Assembly: GCA_035266085.1 (NCBI GenBank) | Contig: DATFNZ010000107.1 | Location: forward strand, 12,857-76,856 | DNA length: 64,000 nt | Source: Thermoanaerobaculia bacterium | Lineage (GTDB): Bacteria; Acidobacteriota; Thermoanaerobaculia; Multivoradales; UBA5704 | Reading direction: 5' to 3' | Shown here: one piece after another, positions 7,166 through 16,258 of the stretch | How the letters are laid out: every line of letters starts with the position of its first letter | Position numbering within the stretch: the stretch's first letter is position 1 | Notes under the pieces: model-generated | Databases searched by the model: none | The model's input: only the letters and a program-made list of their open reading frames with translations | What the model was told of the DNA's origin: nothing | Position numbers and translations under genes: made by a program

Positions 7166-8458
7166 CTAGCCGCCGTTCCCTCTTCTCTCCCTCCTGAGAT
7201 ACGTCGCGACCTCGCGGACGAGATCCACGGTCAGGCGTTCCTCTTCGCAGGCGCGCTGGAACAGCAGGAGGGCGACGATCGCTTCGCGATGCACGTCCTG
7301 CGACTCGAAGATGGGCATCAGCTCGGCCGCGAGCCGTTTCAGGTCGTCCACGCAGCCTTCCTGGGCGTAGAGCCGGGCGAGGTCGAGCGAGACCAGCGCC
7401 GCATCGTAGCCCATGTGGCGGTCCAGGAACTCCTTCTGGACCTCCCGGAAGATGGCCTCGGCGGGACCGAGCCTGCCGAAGCCGAGATCGATGTTCCCTT
7501 CCGCCCAGCGGAGACGAATGAGATCCAGTGGCCTCTCCGTCCCCTGAAGGAGCCCCTTGATCTCTGGCAGGAGCTGCGCCGCCTCCTGATGAAGGTCGGC
7601 CAGGATGAGACAGCAGAGGAGATTGAACCGCCCATATGAAAAGAGCTGAGACCCGCGGCCGGGATCTATCTCTCGGAGCAGCTCGATCGCAGCGGCCAGG
7701 TCGCCTTTCTCCTCGAGAATCTTGGCTTTCTGGAGCAGCGACTTGCCGACGCCATGGGCATCTCCGGCTTCGCCATACAAGGAAAGGGCTTCATCCACCA
7801 GAACGAGAGCCTCGTCGAGCCGCCGCTGGGCTCGCCGAAGGGAGCTCTTCAGGTCCGAGACCTCGGCTCGGATCTCGACGTTGCCCGTCATGCTCTGCGC
7901 GATGCAAGCCTCGGCCTTCAGAAAGGCGTCCTCCGAGCTCCGCAACTCTCCGAGCACCCGGCGTGCGTTGCCCAGATAGGCGAAGCACCGGGCGCGCAGG
8001 TCCCTGACCCAGTTCGGGTCGTAGCCTGCCCTGAGATGGCGGACGACCCGCAGAGCCAGGTTGGCCAGCTCTACCGCCTTCACGGGATCGTCGAAGATCG
8101 CTTCCCGGCTCTTTCTGAGGAGCAGTTGGCAGAGTCCCCAGGCGTGCAGCTCCTCGTCCTCTTCGACGGCCCGGAGTTGATCCGGGTAGCTGCGTTCCGC
8201 CAGCCGAGCCCAGAGCTCCGGGGCCTGCCGTCCTTCCATGACGGCGACCTGCTCGTCCCAGTAGCCGACCTCCTCCTGGAGCCGGAGGATCTCCTCGTGC
8301 CGTTGCCGGCAAACCGGACACCTCGCCAGAAAGTGCGGGATTACCAGACGGAGCATCTCGTCGTGCTCCAGCACCCCCGAAAGCCATTTCGCCAGCGTCT
8401 CCAGCGACAGGTGAGCGGCTTCCAATCCTTCCTCCTCCGTCCCAGCCCGATCCTTCAT
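7166..8458 (-). CDS. TPR-repeat protein with an N-terminal zf-HC2-like motif (anti-sigma-factor-like), 430 aa
   Basis: N-terminus LSGVLEHDEMLRLVIPHFLARCPVCRQRHEE carries an H..C..C zinc-finger-like motif. The rest is helical-repeat (TPR-like) sequence. GAGGAG lies 8 nt upstream of the ATG at 8458. No adjacent sigma factor gene. Confidence 0.7.
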   Translation of the reverse strand: MKDRAGTEEEGLEAAHLSLETLAKWLSGVLEHDEMLRLVIPHFLARCPVCRQRHEEILRLQEEVGYWDEQVAVMEGRQAPELWARLAERSYPDQLRAVEEDEELHAWGLCQLLLRKSREAIFDDPVKAVELANLALRVVRHLRAGYDPNWVRDLRARCFAYLGNARRVLGELRSSEDAFLKAEACIAQSMTGNVEIRAEVSDLKSSLRRAQRRLDEALVLVDEALSLYGEAGDAHGVGKSLLQKAKILEEKGDLAAAIELLREIDPGRGSQLFSYGRFNLLCCLILADLHQEAAQLLPEIKGLLQGTERPLDLIRLRWAEGNIDLGFGRLGPAEAIFREVQKEFLDRHMGYDAALVSLDLARLYAQEGCVDDLKRLAAELMPIFESQDVHREAIVALLLFQRACEEERLTVDLVREVATYLRRERRGNGG

Positions 8459-8511
8459 CTTGGTGTCTCCTCAAACAACCATAGTCTCCTGAAGGCACCA
8501 TTTCGGGACAC

Positions 8512-8547
8512 CTGAAAGAAAAACGGGACCGGGGAGATTCCCGGTCC
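8512..8547 (-). terminator. Rho-independent terminator for the small secreted-peptide gene
   Basis: Stem GGACCGGG (8525..8532) pairs with CCCGGTCC (8539..8546). On the minus strand it is followed by GTTTTTCTTT (reverse complement of 8514..8523). Confidence 0.55.
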
Positions 8548-8557
8548 CCGTGCACCG

Positions 8558-8833
8558 TTAGGTTCGGCCGTCGGGATCGATCGATGTCCCTTCCTCGCTG
8601 AGCGCCCCGTTCGGGTCGATCGACATCCCCTCTTTGGTCGTCCCTTGAGACCACAGGCCGGCGAAGAAGCTCCGGATCCAGGCGAAGGCCGCTTCGCCGA
8701 CAACGGTAACCTTCGAGGCGCCCGAAACGGTGGGGCGGACGGGCCGAGCCTGGGCGGGCAGGCTGACGAAGACGAGGGCCAGCAGCAGGGCGAAGACGGC
8801 GAAAGCACGGTGCAGGCTGAGGTTACGAGACAT
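8558..8833 (-). CDS. Small secreted protein with tandem SIDP(N/D)G repeats (91 aa)
   Basis: ATG at 8833. Signal peptide MSRNLSLHRAFAVFALLLALVFVSLPAQA. The C-terminus reads EGMSIDPNGALSEEGTSIDPDGRT and is encoded by the direct DNA repeats CGGGATCGATCGATGTCCC / CGGGTCGATCGACATCCCC. A terminator hairpin lies immediately downstream. Track ORF 8558..11137 in this frame is an artefactual extension. Confidence 0.55.
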   Translation of the reverse strand: MSRNLSLHRAFAVFALLLALVFVSLPAQARPVRPTVSGASKVTVVGEAAFAWIRSFFAGLWSQGTTKEGMSIDPNGALSEEGTSIDPDGRT

Positions 8834-9022
8834 GGATGACTCCTCGAGAGGCGGGTCTCGGGCACGGCGGCATGCCGGGCTGAGCCCATCCCTACAAGGA
8901 AAGGTTGCTCCGAACGGTAAAAACGCGCCAGTCCGGACCGCCAGCCCGTTGCCTTGACGTCCCGCGGAGCGTTCCGCTCCCTTGGGATAGAATGCGGGCC
9001 TAACCCAAGCGGGAGGGCCCTC

Positions 9023-10816
9023 ATGCCGGTCACAACCCTGTCGGAGCTGTTCCTCAAAGCGGCGAGCTACAACAAGCCGGACTGCCTTCTCTCGAAGGTG
9101 GGCGGCACCTACCAGCCGATGTCGACGGCGGAGCTGGTGGACCGCGTCCGGAGGTTGTCGAAGGCGTTGCTGGGATTGGGTCTCCAGCCGGGAGACCGGG
9201 TGGCGCTGATGTCCGAGAACGGCCCGCACTGGCCGACCGTCGATTTCGCCACCCTCTGCTCCGGCGGGGTGGTGGTGCCGATCTACCCCACGCTGCTGCC
9301 GGACCAGTCCTCCTATATCGTCAATAATTGCGGCGCCAAGATCGTCTTCGCCGAGACGGCCACCCACCTGGAGGGGTTCCTCTCCCACTCCGACGAGCTG
9401 CCGGAGGTCCGGCAGTACGTCCTGATCAAGGGCGAGTCGAGCGATCCGCGGGTGACCACCCTCGCCGCCCTGCTCGAGAAGGGCGCCGGCTACGACGCCG
9501 CGGACTTCGAGCGGCGGGCCCGCGCCGTCCGCCCGGAGGAGCTCGCGACCTTCATCTACACCAGCGGCACGACCGGCACCCCCAAGGGGGTGATGCTGAC
9601 CCATGGGAACCTCAGCTCGAACGTCGAGGCCGGCCTCTCGGTGCTGGGCCTGGAGAAGACGTTCACGGTGCTCTCCTTCCTCCCCCTCTCCCATGTCTTC
9701 GAGCGCATGGTGGATTACTGCTACTTCATCACCGGCTGCAGCATCGCCTACGCCGAGTCCGTGGCGGCCGTCGTGCAGAACATGCAGGAGGTCAAGCCGC
9801 ACGTCTTCGTCTCCGTGCCGCGCGTCTACGAGAAGTTCTTCGCCCGCGTGCAGGAGGGGGTGGCCGGCGGCTCGCCGATCAAGCAGAAGATGTTCGGCTG
9901 GGCGGTGGCGCTCGGCCGCGCGGCCCTCCCCTACCGGCTGAAGCGGCAGAAGCCGCCCGGCCTGATGGGCTTCCAGCTCGGCATCGCCGACAAGCTGGTG
10001 TTCTCGAAGATCGTCGAGCGGTTCGGCGGACGTTTCCAGTTCGCCATCTCGGGCGGCGCGCCGCTGGCGCGCGACCTCGCCGAGTTCTTCTGGGGCGCCG
10101 GGGTGCCGATCTTCGAGGGCTACGGCCTGTCGGAGACCTCGCCGGTGATCTCCGTGAACACCAAGCAGGCCGTGAAGCTGGGCACCGTGGGCAAGCCGAT
10201 CCCTGGCGTCCAGGTGATGATCGCCGCCGACGGCGAGATCCTGTCCAAGGGGCCCAACATCATGAAGGGCTACTGGAACATGGAGAAGGAGACGGCGGAG
10301 ATGATCGACCCCGAAGGCTGGTTTCACACCGGCGACATCGGCGAGATCGACGCCGAGGGCTTCCTGCGGATCACCGACCGCAAGAAGGAGCTGATCATCA
10401 ATGCCTACGGCAAGAACGTGGCCCCGGCGCCGATCGAGAACTCGCTCAAGAGCAGCCGCTACATCGGCCAGGCGGTGGTCATCGGCGACCGCCGGAAGTT
10501 CCTCTCGGCCCTGCTGGTGCCCGACTTCGAAGCCCTCAAGGGCTGGGCCGCCCGCGGCGGGGCCGCCGACGCGAGCCCCGAGGCGCTGGTCGCCAACCCC
10601 CAGGTGCGGGCGCTGATCGCCCAGGAAGTCGAGCAGGTCAACTCCGGCCTCGCCGGCTTCGAGAAGGTGGTCGCCTGGGAGCTCCTGCCGAACGAGTTCA
10701 CGCTCGAGACGGGCGAGCTGACGCCGACGCAGAAGATCAAGCGCCGGGTGATCAACCAGAAGTACGGCGACGTCATCGAGCGGCTCTACACGCAGGCCGA
10801 CAAGCAGGGAGGATAG
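9023..10816 (+). CDS. fadD: Long-chain fatty acid-CoA ligase (AMP-dependent synthetase)
   Basis: ATG at 9023 with GGGAGGG 6 nt upstream. Carries the AMP-binding motif IYTSGTTGTPKGVMLTHGN plus GYGLSETS and the GDIGEIDAEGFLRITDRKKELI motif. Confidence 0.85.
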   Translation: MPVTTLSELFLKAASYNKPDCLLSKVGGTYQPMSTAELVDRVRRLSKALLGLGLQPGDRVALMSENGPHWPTVDFATLCSGGVVVPIYPTLLPDQSSYIVNNCGAKIVFAETATHLEGFLSHSDELPEVRQYVLIKGESSDPRVTTLAALLEKGAGYDAADFERRARAVRPEELATFIYTSGTTGTPKGVMLTHGNLSSNVEAGLSVLGLEKTFTVLSFLPLSHVFERMVDYCYFITGCSIAYAESVAAVVQNMQEVKPHVFVSVPRVYEKFFARVQEGVAGGSPIKQKMFGWAVALGRAALPYRLKRQKPPGLMGFQLGIADKLVFSKIVERFGGRFQFAISGGAPLARDLAEFFWGAGVPIFEGYGLSETSPVISVNTKQAVKLGTVGKPIPGVQVMIAADGEILSKGPNIMKGYWNMEKETAEMIDPEGWFHTGDIGEIDAEGFLRITDRKKELIINAYGKNVAPAPIENSLKSSRYIGQAVVIGDRRKFLSALLVPDFEALKGWAARGGAADASPEALVANPQVRALIAQEVEQVNSGLAGFEKVVAWELLPNEFTLETGELTPTQKIKRRVINQKYGDVIERLYTQADKQGG

Positions 10817-10820
10817 GCGC

Positions 10821-12962
10821 ATGCCCGCCATCTTCCGCCTCGAGGCCGGCGCCGACCGCCTGGCGACGCTGACCTTCGATTCGCCCGACCGCAAGGTCAA
10901 CGTCTTCACCCGCGCCGCGTTCCAGGAGCTGGAGCAGGTGATCGAGGAGGCCGCGTCCCGCCAGGACATCGGCTGCCTGATCCTGCTGTCGGGCAAGCCG
11001 GGGAGCTTCATCGCCGGCGCCGACGTCGAGGAGATCGCCCGGGTCACCGACCCGGTCGAGGCCGAGGCCGGCTCGCGGATGGGCCACCGGCTGTTCTCGG
11101 CCTGGGCGGCGCTGCCGTTCCCCACGGTGGCCGCCATCCGCGGCGTCTGCCTGGGCGGCGGCCTCGAGATCTCGCTCGCCTCGACCTACCGGGCGGCGAG
11201 CGACAGGGCGGACACCAGGATGGGACTGCCCGAGGTGCGGCTGGGCATCCTCCCCGGCTGGGGCGGCTCGACGCGCCTGCCCCCTCTGATCGGCATCGCC
11301 GAGGCGCTGGACCTCATCCTCACGGGCAAGACCGTGGCCGGCCGGAAGGCCCTCAAGCTCGGGCTGATCGACGCCCTGCTGCCGGACGCCCGCTTCCTCG
11401 ACAATCTGCGCGACTTCTCCCTCGCCAAGATCGGCCAGCGCCGGCGCGACGAAGGCGGCACCGACCTCAAGGAGCTCCTGCTGGAGAAGAACCCGGTGGG
11501 CCGCAAGATCCTCTTCGATCAGGCGCGCAAGAAGACCCTGGAGACGACGCGGGGGCACTATCCCGCTCCCCTGCGGGCCATCGAGGTCGTGCGAGTGGGG
11601 ATCGAAGACGGCGCCAAGGCCGGCTTCGACGCCGAGGCCCGCGCCGTGGCCGAGCTCGCCACGTCGAAGACCGCGAAGAACCTCATCCACGTCTTCCGGC
11701 TGACCGAGGAGGCGAAGAAGGAGACCGGCCTGCCCGGCGCCGAGGGGCGGCCGGTGCGTGCGGCCGCCGTGCTGGGGGCGGGCGTCATGGGCGGCGGCAT
11801 CGCCCATCTCGTCGCCGCCGAGGCCGACCTGCCCGTGCGCATGAAGGACGTGCGCGAGGAGGCGCTGGCGAGCGGCATGAAGCACGCGGCGGGGCTGTTC
11901 AACAAGCAGGTCGAGCGGCGCCGCCTGACGGCGCCCGAGGCGCGGCGGAAGGTGGGCCTGATCCACCCCACCCTCGACTACTCGGGCTTCCGGCCGGTGG
12001 ACCTGGTGATCGAGGCGATCGTCGAGAACATGGGCGTCAAGCAGGAGGTCATGGCCGAGACGGCCCGGCACGTGGCGGCGGACGCCATCCTCGCCTCCAA
12101 CACCTCGTCGCTGTCGGTCGCCGGCATCGGCTCGAAGACCCCGAACCCCGGCCGGGTGGTGGGGATGCACTTCTTCAACCCCGTCCACAAGATGCCGCTC
12201 GTCGAGGTGATCGCCGCCGAGGGGAGCGATCCGGCGGCCGTGAACACCGTCTTCGCCTTCACCCGCAAGCTCGGCAAGACGCCGGTCCTGGTCAAGGACG
12301 CCCCGGGCTTCCTGGTCAACCGGCTGCTGATGTTCTACTCGACGGAGGCCCTCTGGCTGCTCGATGAGGGCTACCGGATCGAGGACCTCGACCGCGCCAT
12401 GCTCGACTGGGGCATGCCGGTGGGCCCCATCACGCTGCAGGACGAGGTGGGCATCGACGTGGCCACCAAGGTCGCCCACATCCTGCACGACGCCTTCGCC
12501 GAGCGGCTGCCGGTGCCCGAGTGGCTCGACCGCGTGCCGGAGAGCGGGCGGCTGGGCACCAAGAACGGCAAGGGCTTCTACCGCTACGAGGGGCGCGAGC
12601 GCAAGGAGCCGGACCCCGCCGTGTACACCCTGCTGGGGCTCCAGCCGCGGGTGGACGACCCGGACCCGGGCGTCATCGCCGACCGCATGGTGCTGCCCAT
12701 GGTCAACGAGGCCGCCCGCTGCCTGGAGGAACGGGTGGTGCGCAGCGCCGGCGAGGTCGACCTGTCGCTGATCTTCGGCACCGGCTTCCCGCCCTTCCGC
12801 GGCGGCCTGTGCCGCTGGGCGGACCAGGAAGGGCTGCCCCGGGTCGTCGCCACCCTGGAGCGGCTGGAGAGCTCGGTCGGCGGCCGCTTCCGCCCCTCGG
12901 ACGCCCTGCGGGCCACGGCGGAGGCGGGCGGGTTCTACGCGCGCTGGGGCGGGGCGGCATAG
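10821..12962 (+). CDS. Fatty acid oxidation complex alpha subunit (enoyl-CoA hydratase / 3-hydroxyacyl-CoA dehydrogenase)
   Basis: GGGAGGA lies before the ATG. The N-terminal crotonase fold (IAAIRGVCLGGGLEISLA) is followed by a 3-hydroxyacyl-CoA dehydrogenase Rossmann motif (AAVLGAGVMGGGIAHL). 713 aa, typical of FadJ/FadB. Operonic with fadD. Confidence 0.9.
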   Translation: MPAIFRLEAGADRLATLTFDSPDRKVNVFTRAAFQELEQVIEEAASRQDIGCLILLSGKPGSFIAGADVEEIARVTDPVEAEAGSRMGHRLFSAWAALPFPTVAAIRGVCLGGGLEISLASTYRAASDRADTRMGLPEVRLGILPGWGGSTRLPPLIGIAEALDLILTGKTVAGRKALKLGLIDALLPDARFLDNLRDFSLAKIGQRRRDEGGTDLKELLLEKNPVGRKILFDQARKKTLETTRGHYPAPLRAIEVVRVGIEDGAKAGFDAEARAVAELATSKTAKNLIHVFRLTEEAKKETGLPGAEGRPVRAAAVLGAGVMGGGIAHLVAAEADLPVRMKDVREEALASGMKHAAGLFNKQVERRRLTAPEARRKVGLIHPTLDYSGFRPVDLVIEAIVENMGVKQEVMAETARHVAADAILASNTSSLSVAGIGSKTPNPGRVVGMHFFNPVHKMPLVEVIAAEGSDPAAVNTVFAFTRKLGKTPVLVKDAPGFLVNRLLMFYSTEALWLLDEGYRIEDLDRAMLDWGMPVGPITLQDEVGIDVATKVAHILHDAFAERLPVPEWLDRVPESGRLGTKNGKGFYRYEGRERKEPDPAVYTLLGLQPRVDDPDPGVIADRMVLPMVNEAARCLEERVVRSAGEVDLSLIFGTGFPPFRGGLCRWADQEGLPRVVATLERLESSVGGRFRPSDALRATAEAGGFYARWGGAA

Positions 12963-12965
12963 GAG

Positions 12966-13075
12966 TTGGAGCACCAAGGACCGCAAGGACTGCAAAGACA
13001 GCAAGGACATCAAAGGCACGTTGAATTCTTGCAGTCTTTGCTGTCCTTGCAGTCCTTGCGGTCTTTGGTTTCCTC
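12966..13075. repeat. Palindromic hairpin element built from CAAGGACNG 9-mers (copy 2); terminator-like after the fad operon
   Basis: ACCAAGGACCGCAAGGACTGCAAAGACAGCAAGGACATCAAAGG (12974..13017) pairs with CTTGCAGTCTTTGCTGTCCTTGCAGTCCTTGCGGTCTTTGGT (13028..13069). This gives a stem of about 40 bp with 3 mismatches. Same family as 4131..4215. Confidence 0.7.
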
Positions 13076-13213
13076 GAGTGACAACCACCGTCCTTTCCGG
13101 GTGACGTTCCCTGGGCTCCGCCCTCCGGAATAATCCTGGCCCATCCCTTGCTGTTCCTAGAGGACGGACGATAAAAAGAACCTGAAGTCCGGACCCAAGC
13201 AAAGGAGAAACCA

Positions 13214-14329
13214 ATGTCTCGAATCATGCGAATGACGGCTCTCGCCCTCATTGCGCTCTGTGGTCTCGGGCGCCCCGCTCTTTCCCAGAACGCCCAGGAC
13301 AATCCCCCGGCCCAGGGCCAGTTCGAGGGCAAGGTGAACGTCAACGAGGTCCTCCTCGATGTCCTGGTTACCGACGCAAGGGGGAACGTCATCGTGGGCC
13401 TCGACAAGAACGACTTCGTGGTGACGGAGAACGGCAAGCCGGTGGACCTGAACGGCGTGACCTTCTACAGCAACCGCCGCCTCCTCGAGTCCTCGCCCAC
13501 CCTCGACCAGGGAGTCGTCAAGACCGAGCAGGCGACCGAGGACCGCTACTTCATCCTCCTCTTCGAGGACCAGAAGGACGTGGCCCAGGAGGCCCCGCGC
13601 CTGCTGTCGCAGAGCCTGGAGGCCGCCAAGCGGGCCCGCGGCTGGGTGGAGAGCGAGATGCTGCCCAACGACTGGGTGGCCGTAGCGAGCTACGACACGA
13701 AGCTCAAGGTTCAGCAGGACTTCACGCGCGACCGCAAGGCCCTGGTGGCCGCGATCAACGACGCCATCAAGAGCAAGGACCGCGAGGGCAACTACCCCTC
13801 CCGCATCGACGCCAGCAAGGGTCCCTCGCTGCTGGCCGGCCTGCCCAAGGGCACGGCCCTGCGCGACAAGACGGCCACCCTCTACGAGGCCCTGCAGGCG
13901 ATCGCCGAGGCCGGCGGGGAGATCCGGGGCCGCAAGAACCTGCTCCTCTTCACCTTCGGGCTTCCCGGGCGGCAGAACACCTTCGGCAGCTACGTCCCGG
14001 ACAAGCGCTACTTCGAGCCGACGGTCCGGGCCCTGAACGCCAACAACGTGGCGGCCTACACGATCGACCTGACGCCGCCCGCCGTGGAGCACACCCTGAG
14101 CGACTCGCTCAACAAGCTGGCTCTCGACACCGGCGGCCGGTACTTCTTCAACGTCACCAACTTCTCGACGCCGCTCGACCAGGTGGCGCAGGAGAACAAC
14201 GGCTATTACCTGCTCAGCTACGCCAGCGGGCAGCCGGCCGGCAAGTCGGGCTTCCAGGAGGTCCAGGTGAAGACCACCAACCCCGAGTTCCGGATCAAGG
14301 CCCGCCGGGGCTACGAGTACGGCAAGTAG
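13214..14329 (+). CDS. Secreted VWA (von Willebrand factor A) domain protein with a VWFA-related Acidobacterial-type N-terminal domain
   Basis: AAGGAG lies before the ATG. Signal peptide present. The N-terminus (KVNVNEVLLDVLVTDARGNVIVGLDKNDFVVTENGKPVDLNGVTF) follows the pattern of the Acidobacterial VWFA-related domain. A VWA-like fold follows. Confidence 0.8.
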   Translation: MSRIMRMTALALIALCGLGRPALSQNAQDNPPAQGQFEGKVNVNEVLLDVLVTDARGNVIVGLDKNDFVVTENGKPVDLNGVTFYSNRRLLESSPTLDQGVVKTEQATEDRYFILLFEDQKDVAQEAPRLLSQSLEAAKRARGWVESEMLPNDWVAVASYDTKLKVQQDFTRDRKALVAAINDAIKSKDREGNYPSRIDASKGPSLLAGLPKGTALRDKTATLYEALQAIAEAGGEIRGRKNLLLFTFGLPGRQNTFGSYVPDKRYFEPTVRALNANNVAAYTIDLTPPAVEHTLSDSLNKLALDTGGRYFFNVTNFSTPLDQVAQENNGYYLLSYASGQPAGKSGFQEVQVKTTNPEFRIKARRGYEYGK

Positions 14330-14335
14330 CTACGG

Positions 14336-15430
14336 TTACTCCGAATAGCCGATTGCCGCGCCGATCAGCCGCCTCTTGAGCCCCGTGTAGGTCTGGCGGC
14401 AGGCCAGCAGGTCGGCCAGGACGCGGCGGATGCCCGGGTGGAACCGGGCAACGGGAACCATCCACTGGCCCATCGGGCTCTCGAAGAAGGCTTCGCGGGC
14501 GCGGCGGGCCTTTCCCATCTCCTCGCCGAGCTCCGATTCCAGCCGGTCCGCATAGGTCTCCGGCCGCCCTTCGATCAGGCTGCCGGCTGCCCAGAGGCCG
14601 GAGAGCATGCCGTAGCGGATGCCCTCGCGGGTGAGCGGGTCGGCGAGCGCCGCGGCGTCGCCCACCAGCAGCACGCGGCGCTCCAGGGCCCGGCGCACAC
14701 CCTCCAGAGTCCAGGGACCGAAGACGGGGATGGGATAGCGGTAGCGCGGCCCGGGGAGGTCCCGCCAATCGGCCGGCAGATGGCGGTCGAGGAAGGCGTC
14801 GAGGACGGCCCGGGCGGCCTCGTCCGCCAGCTTGCCCGGTGTATAGGCGATGCCCACCGAAGCCCCGCCGGGGCGCGGGAAGATCCAGGCGTAGGAGTCC
14901 CCGAGACCGGGGAAGGCGAGGACCAGCCGGCTCGGCTCGATCCCGGACAGGGAACCCCCGAGCCCGACGCTGTCTCCCCGGGATGGGATCCCAAGGGAAC
15001 GCCGCGAGAGCCCGCGGGCGCCGTCCGCGCCCACGATCCAGTCGTAGCTCCGCGTCTCCCCTCCAGCGGTGATCCGGACCTCGTCCAGGCGCTCGGCCTT
15101 GGCGGAGCGCCGCACGGCTCCCGCGGCCACGGCCGCCTCGGCCAGGGCGCCGTCGAGGTCCCGGCGCCGGAAGATGCGGATGCCTTGGAGGTCCAGCGCG
15201 ATCCGGCCGCCCCGGGCGTTCTCGAGCACCGCGGCGGGGCTCGCGACGGCCGGCAGGGGCGAGGGATCGAATCCCGCGAGGCGGGGCAGCACGTGCCCGG
15301 GCACCGCGCCGCCGCACGGCTTCTCGCCCGGCCGGCCCGGCAGGTAGAGGTCGACCTCCACGCCGGCCCTCGCCAGGGCCAGGGCCGCCGAGCCGCCGGC
15401 GGGGCCGCCGCCCAGGACCGCGATCTTCAG
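14336..15430 (-). CDS. FAD-dependent oxidoreductase, geranylgeranyl reductase family (start codon unresolved)
   Basis: The Rossmann motif LKIAVLGGGPAGGSAALALARAGVEVDLY is encoded at 15430..15350 and the FAD motif LLVGDAAALADPLTREGIRYGM lies further in. The track ORF starts at the GTG at 15361, inside the Rossmann fold, so the true start must be upstream. No ATG, GTG or TTG exists in frame between 15430 and the PP2C stop at 15442. The start is either non-canonical or overlaps PP2C. Confidence 0.65.
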   Translation of the reverse strand: MKIAVLGGGPAGGSAALALARAGVEVDLYLPGRPGEKPCGGAVPGHVLPRLAGFDPSPLPAVASPAAVLENARGGRIALDLQGIRIFRRRDLDGALAEAAVAAGAVRRSAKAERLDEVRITAGGETRSYDWIVGADGARGLSRRSLGIPSRGDSVGLGGSLSGIEPSRLVLAFPGLGDSYAWIFPRPGGASVGIAYTPGKLADEAARAVLDAFLDRHLPADWRDLPGPRYRYPIPVFGPWTLEGVRRALERRVLLVGDAAALADPLTREGIRYGMLSGLWAAGSLIEGRPETYADRLESELGEEMGKARRAREAFFESPMGQWMVPVARFHPGIRRVLADLLACRQTYTGLKRRLIGAAIGYSE

Positions 15431-15441
15431 GGGACAGCTCC

Positions 15442-16245
15442 CTACCGCGTCGCCTCGCCCTCGTCGTCCGCGGCGGCGCCGTTCTCCTCGACCGACAGCA
15501 GCACGACGGTGACGTTGTCGATGCCGCCGCGGGCGTTGGAGTCGTTGATCAGGGTGCGGCAGATCTCGTGGGGGCTGCGGCCGGAGGCGAGGCGGTCGCG
15601 GATGTCGGAGTCGGAGAGCATGCCGGTCAGGCCGTCCGAGCAGAGGAGGTAGGAGTCGCCGGGCAGCACCTCGAGCTCCCGCACGTCCACCAGCACCTCG
15701 CTCTCCCCTCCCAGCGCCCGGGTGACGACGTTCTTGAGCGGGTGGGAGCGGGCCTGCTCCTTGGAGAGGAAGCCGGCCACCACCTGCTCGTTGACCCAGG
15801 TGTGGTCCTGGGTGAGCTGCTCGAGGCGGCCGTCGCGCAGGCGGTAGGCGCGGCTGTCGCCCACGTGGGCGACGGCGGCGACGGAGCCGGAGAGCAGCAT
15901 GCCGACGACGGTCGTCCCCATGCCGTAGAGCGAGCCGTCCTTGCTGATGGCGCGCAGGACGTGGTCGTGGGCCATGCGCATGGCCATCTTGAGGAGGTTC
16001 GAGTGGCGCTCGAGCCGCGAGTCCATGCCGAACGGCCAGGTGGTGTCGCGGTCGGACGTCTTGGCGATGAAGTCGCGGATGGAGTTGACGGCGATCTGGG
16101 CCGCCACCTCGCCGTGGCTGTGGCCGCCCATGCCGTCGGCCACCACGTAGAGCTTGTGCAGGGGATCGATCTCGAAATAGTCCTCGTTGTGGGCCCGGGT
16201 GAGCCCGACATCCGAGAGTCCGCAGGCCTTGACGCGCAGGATCAT
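15442..16245 (-). CDS. PP2C-family Ser/Thr protein phosphatase
   Basis: Carries GLSDVGLTRAHNEDYF, YVVADGMGGHSHGEVAA and LLCSDGLTGMLSD, the canonical PPM motifs. The ATG at 16245 overlaps the stop of a 6-codon mini-ORF. Confidence 0.85.
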   Translation of the reverse strand: MILRVKACGLSDVGLTRAHNEDYFEIDPLHKLYVVADGMGGHSHGEVAAQIAVNSIRDFIAKTSDRDTTWPFGMDSRLERHSNLLKMAMRMAHDHVLRAISKDGSLYGMGTTVVGMLLSGSVAAVAHVGDSRAYRLRDGRLEQLTQDHTWVNEQVVAGFLSKEQARSHPLKNVVTRALGGESEVLVDVRELEVLPGDSYLLCSDGLTGMLSDSDIRDRLASGRSPHEICRTLINDSNARGGIDNVTVVLLSVEENGAAADDEGEATR

Positions 16246-16258
16246 CCGGTCTTTCCGA

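Noticed and set aside
8954-9022. Track start of fadD at 8954
   Set aside because: The first 23 codons (MTSRGAFRSLGIECGPNPSGRAL) are not part of the AMP-ligase fold. The ATG at 9023 has a strong GGGAGGG RBS.
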